DNA of 64,000 nucleotides from a virus. The notes beneath the pieces were generated by a model that was not told the origin of the DNA, did no database searches, and worked only from the letters and a program-made list of their open reading frames with translations. Every line of letters begins with the position of its first letter. The first letter of the stretch is position 1. The stretch lies in the IMG/VR virus record IMGVR_UViG_3300046787_000099, positions 1 to 64,000 of that record; one strand, given 5' to 3'. Of the stretch, positions 26,849-35,800 are shown in pieces. Position numbers and translations under genes: made by a program.

Positions 26849-29800
26849 CTATTTAGCATTACAACGTTCTGATTCTTTTTCTTTTTTGTTAATAACTGCA
26901 CTCACTTCAGCATCATTAAACAAAGATAACTGATTTGGTGGAGTTACCACTTTCTTAGGAGCAACTTCTATAACAGGATTAGTTACTGCATCTTTTGCAA
27001 CTACTTCTTCCTCAGGAGCTACTTCCTCAGTCTTTGGTGATACAAAGTATGGAACGATTGCAGCATCAGAAACTTCATTAGATGTATAGGTAAGACCGTT
27101 TTGAGTTTCTTCTACAGAGTATTGTACAGGTAAGAAACCATTCTCTGTGAAGGCAGATGGTCTAGCTACTGTGTAGAACTCATTAGCCTTGAAGCTATCT
27201 CCCCAAGCATTGATCATCTTGTATACATACTGTGTATTACCATAGAAATCCTTGATAGTTAATGCTTCTGTCTTAGCTTCATCAGTGTATACCTTTTGGA
27301 ATAATCCTTTGTTGATGTAGCTGTAGTCACCTCTAGCTTTCTTCTCATCTCTTAGCTTCTGCTCAGCAGGAGTTAAGTTTTGATCTTGCCATTGGTAAAC
27401 AATAACATCCTTATTAGCTTCTCTAGCACGAGAATCTAGCTTTAACATCTTAGGTAATTTACCTTGGATGACAGCAAGATTAACCTTAGGAGCAAACTTC
27501 ATATTGTTATTGTAGTTACCGCTCTCTGTACGTTTAGCTTTTCTGTAAGGAGTAACATCATCATCTGCCCAGTTGTTTCTCTGGAATACAGCTAATGTAT
27601 GATAGTCTGATAGATTCTCTTTCTCCTCAATAGTAGCCATTGTTCTACCATACACCTCTTTGAAATCCTCATAAGGAAGTAAAGATGTGAATGAGATAGG
27701 AGAGTTAGATAATCCTGACTGTACAACAGCAAGTCTTACCAACGCACCGTATAGATTATTGTCTGAACCATTAAGATATTCTTTAATCTCTCTAAATCCA
27801 TAGATCATTTGATTCTGATCGTATGCTTTGTTATCCTTGTTCTTGATAGAGATGTTATCTATACCACCTTCTACATCAGATAACTTAGCATCAATTAGAT
27901 TGATTACATGGTTTCTGTATAGTGGGTGTTCAGGATTACTCATCACATCTTCTTTGAACTCAAGAATTCTTCTAGCAGTAGATACACTATCTTCTTTGTT
28001 AACAAGGATGTTAGCTAGATTAGTATTGATTCTTCTGTCTGTTTGTACAGCCCAGTCAAATAAATCATTTACAGCTTTCTGTGCTAACTTAACAAACTCT
28101 CTGTCTGGAAGATTAGTGTACGGTGTAAGAGTCTTCTCAATAACTGTTCTTACATTCTGCTTATCAGAAGTTAACACGGTAGCTAAAGCATTACGTGTCT
28201 CATTGATTATCTCATTAAGCTTACCAATGAACGAGTTCTCTAATAGATCATCTACAGATGTTACAATGCTTTGTTGAGCTTTCTTTAACTGCTCTTGCTT
28301 CTTGAATACCAAGTAAGGATTGTTGAATGTAGATGTATCAAAGTTAGATCCTTGAGTCACATTGAATAACTGCTCAGCCATCTTAGCATATTTCAAGAAC
28401 TCATCTAACATAAACTGCTGTGCAGCATTCTCAGATGTAGTTAAGTTCTTCTTGCCAACCATGTTAAGTAACTCAGTCTCACCAGGAACAACATTCATCT
28501 TAGAGATTAAGTCTTTACTTGTTCTGTAGTTAGCCTTAGTAGACTCAACAATATCATCAATGAATAACCATGAGTAACCAGCATTCTCTACAGAACGTAA
28601 GTACTCACGAATAATTGGTTGGTTCATAAAGAAGGCAACAGTGTTAATAGGTACACCAAGCTTAGTTAAGAACAACCAAGTAGATGCAACATTTGGTGTA
28701 GCACCAAGCTCCATGATCCAAGGACCTTTAGAGATATCCACATAACCATCAATGAACTGTCCTAAGATGTCAGAGATATTCTGAGGCTTAGTAGCAGCAT
28801 TATTAATCATTGACAATGTAGGATATGTCTTACCATCAATAGCAATTCTATTGTATTTCTGGAACTTAACAATACCATCACCTAACCATTGACGTTCTTG
28901 CAAAGGCATATTGACCATACGTAATCTATCAACAATGATAGGTTGACGCTGATTCAATGAGTGGTTAGTTTGACTAACTGCTGCAATACCAATAGCATAC
29001 TTACCAGATACAAAAGCCTGACGTAATCTAGACATGAATGATCTGTTCAACAAGTTACCTACAGCAGTGTAATCAAATGATTCAGAACGAAGTCTAGTTG
29101 ATACAATGTTAGATAGCTTCTTCAATTGATCAGCAGAGTTAGGTTTAACTAACTGATCAAAGTTTCTATCATTAGTAACTAAGTTCTCAGAAGACTGAAT
29201 GTATTCATTCTCAAGAGACTTTCTGTACATGTTGTCTACAAATGCATCTCTTCTACTAGCTTGACTCTCTTGTTTCAACATCAATCTTTCCTCAGCATCT
29301 CTTGTTGCTGATTCATAGTCTGTGTCATAATCTACATCATCTGCTAGTGCAAGTCTTTCTAATTCTTTCTTGATGTAGTAATCTTCCTTCTCAGATAGTT
29401 TATCATACACCTTACCATAGAAGTCTTTAGTAGCTTCTTCAGATCCTTTGTATTCAACTAATGTAGGCTTACCATCAACTCCTGGGTATACATTCTTGAA
29501 ATATATACTCAACTTATCTATATCAAAGTCAGATCCGACTTTCTTAACTAGAGCTGAAGGAATAACAACTGAGTCACCAAACTCTTTAGGTAAGAACTGC
29601 TTGATAACAAATGCATCAATAGAGTTCTTGTTCTGAGTAGGGATACGGAATGCTAATCCAGATAAAATCTTTTGTCCTTCTGGTGTAGTGTTTAGATACT
29701 CAAGTAAATCAGCATCAGTCATGTCAGTATCAAACCAACGACCAACCATTATCTCAGCTACATGCTTACCATCCTTCTCATAGAATCCTAATACATCAGA

Positions 29801-32800
29801 TGTATATGCTCCACCTTCTTTCTTCGCACGTACACTCTCTAATAATGTAGAAGGGATCTGTACCTTCATACCACCAGAGATCTTAGGTGAGATTACATTC
29901 TTGTCAGCAATAGAGTAAAGGATTGTATTGATTTGTTGATATACATCTACAAGAGATTCAGCTTTATCAAAGTCTGCTAATGCACTAGTAATGTTATCAT
30001 TCACCTCTCTCTTAAGAATCTCCTGACGAAGAATCTCAGTCATCTTAGCAAAGTCATCCACCTCATACTTACCATCTACAATCTTGATTCCAAGTTTGTC
30101 AAGTAATGTATTGAATCCGTTCTCTGTAATTAACTCAAGGAACTTCTGGTTATTCTTAACCTCTTTGTATAATGGAGATGCTTTCTCTTTAGCTTCTTCT
30201 GTTTTTAAATCATTCCAAGCTTTGTATCTCTCAGCAAATGAGCTACCCTCTTTGAAATCAACAGGTACACCAGCTTCCATGTAATCCATGGTGATTAACT
30301 TAGTCACCTGAGAACCACGTGTAACCAATGCTGTGTCCTTAGAAGGAACCTCAGACTGAATACTCATGATAGCAAATGGAACCTTTACAGTGTTCTCTTT
30401 AGTGAACTCATTAGTATTGAATGAACCATCTGCATTGTATAAGTCATGTGACTTGTTAGCTCCTACCTTTCTACCACTATTGTATACAGCATAGTCAACA
30501 CCTTCAGTCTGCATCTTGTCATACATCTTGACAGCATTAGACTCAGGATTAAGTTCGTATGCAATACGATATGATAAAGGATAAAGAGCAAACTTATCCA
30601 ACATTACATCATTGTATTTCTCACCATCAGCTTTGTTACCAGATACGATAGGCTTCAATGGAGTGTAAGCACTCTTTACTTGAGGATTACCTGCTTCGTA
30701 TATAGCAGCTTCTTCAGAAGATAGAGCAATGTCTTTCTTGTTCTTCTCAAATGCAACATCATATTTGTATTGCAACTCCTCATTCTCATTCCACTCTCCA
30801 GCACGAATACGGAAGTTACGATAAGCTTTCAGAGTGATGAATCCACCACCATCAGTTTCCTCGAATGTACCATAGCCTTCAAGAGAACTAGTTCCCATTA
30901 CATCACTAAGTGTAACAGTTTTGAAGAAGTCCTTATTGAAATCAGTATTACCAATATCACCTTTCTTATATCCCTTGTTCCAAACTCTGTTCATCGCTTT
31001 GTTCAACTCAACAGAGCTGTTGATGATAGCTTGACGTGGAGAGTTAAAGTTCTTGATACGCTTAAGCTCATCAGAATACTGATATGGATCAGAGTAGATA
31101 AGCTTGTGCATCTCAATGTTATTGATGATGTAACTAGCATTCAATGCATTCATCTCCAAGAATAACTCATCAGGAGATAGGTTATTTTTCTTGCTTACTG
31201 CAACACCTTCAATGTTATAGTTATTTTCCTCATTCTGTGTTAAGACACCATAGTTCATAAGAACTGATCTGAACTTAGATGATTCAGTGCTAATAAATTT
31301 CAATACAGCAGCATCAATATCTTCTTTGTTTGCTTCATAGATTTCCTCAGGAGATCCTTCCTTCTTAATCAACTTGTCATGTAGAGTGTCACCTAATACA
31401 GCTTTCATGAAACGCATATCAGAAGACACACGTCCTTTAGCTACAGGGCGATTAGCTCTAGCTAGATTCATCTCATCAATGAAGTATCCTTGAAAGATGT
31501 CATACACTTTATCGTATCCATCTAATAGGTTATCCTTAGTAATAGGATTACCCATGTAAAGCATCCACTCCATAGATGAATCACCTGGTACTAAGTTTAA
31601 GTAGTAACCAGCTAAGTTCATGTTAAGCTCTTGTGTAAGACGCTCCTTGTATGTAAGCTTTGAAGATTGTTTACGTTTACCTGTAGATAAGTTAACAAGA
31701 CCATCAGCATAAGATGGCTTCATTAATTGCAATGCAGATTTGTTTACAGCTCCTGTAGTAGGATTAAACATCTTTTTCAAGATGACAGAGTTAGCAGAGA
31801 ACACATCATCTAGTAAGTATTCATACTGAGTGTTTCTCAATTCAGACTTGTTGCTGATCTGAGATAACATATCATATAAATCACTAGCTGCATTTGTACC
31901 AATGAACGTTTGTGTACGTTCACCTTTAACATTGTAATACGTACTGCTGAATTCAGGATTGTCAATCTTAGCTTTGATTTCAGATAACTGACGTAAGCGT
32001 CCTGTGATATCTAAACTGTTTTTACCACTATCAATCTTGAACATCTTCTGTCCCTTACCAATACTATCTCTTAAATAGATAGTAGCTTCTTTGAACATGT
32101 CTCTTTCACCAGAAGTAATCTTATCACTAAGAATATCTTTAGGATTGAAGACAATACCAAACTGACGTAAGAATGCAGTCATCATAGCAATCTGCTGAGA
32201 ATCATTAGCTGCATCAAATGAGATAGACTTAGTAGATCCTTTCTTACCTTCATACACTCTGTCTTTAGCATTGTATGTGAAGTAAGGATTGTTCTTTCCT
32301 TGTAACACCTTTCTGATGTTATTCATAAACTCCTCACTAGCTTGTCTAGCAGCAGTAGTGAAGTTAGAATCACCTACAACAACCTCACCATTCTCTAATA
32401 CAAATACGTTCTTAACATTAGGACTTTGCTTCTTGAATGATCTCCAGAATGCAGCAAGTAACTGAATGTCATGAATGTTATTTAACTTAGATAAGTCAGC
32501 AGGCTGTGATAAGTCACTGTTCTTAGTAAGACGTGTATATATAGTTTGATAGTTGATATCGTCATTAGCTAATGCACGAATACCTTCCATCATCTCTTCC
32601 AAGTTACGAGACTTATTAACACGGTTCATAATAGCCATGTAAGCCTGAGTAGATGGAATTAACTGTACACCATTGATAGATGAGTAGATTAACTCTAGCT
32701 TACCATTGGTATCATTCTTCTTAACGTAAGGAAGAGTAGATAATAAAAGCTTGACAGCAGGATTGATCTTTCTGAACAAGTCAATCTTTGTTGCATCATC

Positions 32801-35800
32801 ATTAATCTCCTTAGTCTTATCTTCTTCATTACGAACAAGTTCATCGTTCTCATCGAACTCAATGTTATAAGACTTAAGTCTCTCTTGATGTTTAGCAGCA
32901 ATCTGATTCCAGTTCTCCTCATTGTCAATAGCTTTCCACATTGCATTTGACTTAGCAATGATTGGAGCAGCTTCTTCTTTAGTCATTGTACCATTAGCAA
33001 TGTTAGCTAATGCAGCCTTCTTAGACTTAAGAACTGTCTTCTGTAAATCCTCTTTAAGCTTAGCATACAACTCACTCTTCTTCTTGTAAAGGTCATTCAC
33101 CTTAAACAAGCTCTTGTTGTTTACAACTAAGTCTTTTAGAGTTAAGTAAGTCATTTGCTGAATCAAGTCATGTTGCTCAGCACCTGTAAAGTTTGCAATG
33201 CTATACTCAGCTTCATCAGAAGCGTATACATCTTCAATGTTAATAAATCCTTTCTTAGCAAAAGAAAGAGATGAGTGCATTGGAGAATATTGTTTGTAAT
33301 ATCCTGTACCAATCTTCTTGAATAACTTATCTGTGTTGCTAACAGCAGTAGGACCAGTGAAGAACTCTTTGATGAACTTAACTAAGTCATGGAACAACTG
33401 TCCGATAAATGACTTAGGACCTTCCACCTTAGGGTTAAGAGTATATTCTCTAAACTCTTCTGCTAGTTGCTCCTTAGCTTCAAGATCTGTAGCCTCAGAG
33501 AACTTAACATCACGACCTGTTGGTCTGTCAACAAATGATCCTTTTCTAGACTTGAACTCATTTAGAATATCTTGTCTCTCTTGAGGACTGGTGAACATCT
33601 TCCACACTGCCTCAAATACTTCGTGGTAAGCTGTACCAGCTTCAGCATTTTGATATAGATAGATAGCTCCATCCTTCAACATACCCCAAGCCTGCATACC
33701 ATTAGTAGCAGTGATTACATTCTTAACACGATATACAGGAACGTTAGGGAAGTTAGCTTTTAACCAACCTTCTAACTGTGTCCAGTTCTCACCTTCAAAT
33801 TGTTTAGCTTGCTCAGATACAATAGCACGTAACACCTCATCATCAGCCTCATCATTCATTTGGCTATTCATTCTTTCATCCTCAGATGCAGTGTATGTTT
33901 CGTCAAACGCATCAGGAATAGTAAACTCTAACTCATCTTCTTCTTCAGCAACGTATGCAGCAATGTCAGACTTGTATTTGTTTAATATACTTCCTGCAAT
34001 GATTCCTTTAGCAGCATTAGCATCAATACCTTTAGCAGCCATCAATGCTTCGATAGCAGCAGTATTGTTTGCACTATCAGATACAAATCCAAAACCAGCA
34101 GTAGGATCAGCTTGGTTAGCAGCAGCATCTAATGTGAACTCAATTGTTCCTACAGTAGGAATAGTTACACTGTTTGCTTTCTTACCAGTTAAATCAATAA
34201 CAGTTGGTTGTGCAGGAGCTTTAGGTTTTAATGCTGCTAGTTCTGCATCATACTTAGCATTGATTTGTTGTGCTTTAGTAGTATTTGTAAAATAGAAATA
34301 ACTTTGGAAATTAGTAAAATCTTTATCTCCTTTAAACTTTACTCCATATTTAGAAACTGCCTCTACTTCAACTTCTCTATCTGTTTCATTATCTTGTCGT
34401 GCTCCTTTGAATTGTGTCCAGAAGATACCCTTATCTCCTTTTCTAGCAGTTCTTAAACCATTAGCTTCTGCCTTTAACTCTTCTTTTCTTCTTCTCTCTA
34501 TATCAGCTACAGGATCTGCAGCAGGAGCTTGTGTCTTCTTAGGAGCTCCAGGAAGAATAGGTTTAACAGCAACAGGTTTTGGTGCAGGTACAGGAGCAGC
34601 AAACTTATCTGCTTCTTGCTTATCAATAAAGTAGATGCCTTTTCTATTGACACCTGGTCTCATGTTTACAGAAAGAGGAATCTCAGATCCTTCTCTGTCT
34701 TTACCAGATAATAAGAATGATTGATAGTTAGGCCATCTCTTAGTCTGAATCTCTCCAGCATCAGTGATGTTTGTAATCTCAGCATACTCATCATCTGATT
34801 TAATCATAGACAAGTTAGCATTGTTAAAGATGCCTGTTAATGCAGCAACAATTTCATCCTTGCTATTCTCTAATGCTTGAGGAGCAAATGGGAATGTCTG
34901 TACAGGGTTAGAGATTAATAACATTCCGTTATCAAACCACACACTGTTATTACCTGCAGGTTTAGATTCACCTTGAGGAGTTGTTGGTGTACCCCAATAA
35001 ACTACTGATCTTAGATACTTGATTAATCGTTGAGATTCTAGAGACTGGATATTTCCATCTCGTTGTGCATTCTCAGCAATCTTATGAATCACTTTGAAAA
35101 GAAGATTAGCTTCCTTCTCTGAGATACGTCTGTTATCAAGCTTTACATATTCATTACCCACCTTAAGAAATGCCTTAGCAATAGGGTTCTTGAATGATGA
35201 TGTTCCACCAGTTAATGTATCATTAGTTGTAGGGATAGTGATTACAGGTCCATTAGCTAATTCGTCCTCAGTAATTAATCCTGCTTCAATAGCACCAGCT
35301 CTACCATCTTGTATTTCTTTACCATTATCATCTGTTAACTTCATTGGAATACCAAATGAAGAATTGACAGGGAAAGTAGAAATCTCAGTAGATGCTATTG
35401 TGGACTTTCTCCAAGCATCGTATTGGTTTCTTAATAACTCTTTTGTTTCCTCAGGAGTAGTCTTTCTGAACATGTCAGTGCTACCACCCTTAGTGTATGC
35501 TTTACTCCACTTCAATCCTGGACCAGGCTTAACTTGAAATACAGCATTCTCTAATGCATTAGCTCCTTCAGGAATCACCTCACCATTCTTGTCAACTAAC
35601 TGAAGAGATCCATCTTCATTTTGTTGAACTAACACCATAGCAATAGTTTCCTTAGGATCTACATCCTTAGCATACTCACCGCCTTGATCTTTTAAGTATT
35701 GAGTTAGACCAGGGATAAGTTTATCCTCATTGTTGTATGTAACATATACACCACGGATCTTATCTCTGTTAGGAAAGTTATCTAAGTTAAAACCAAACTG

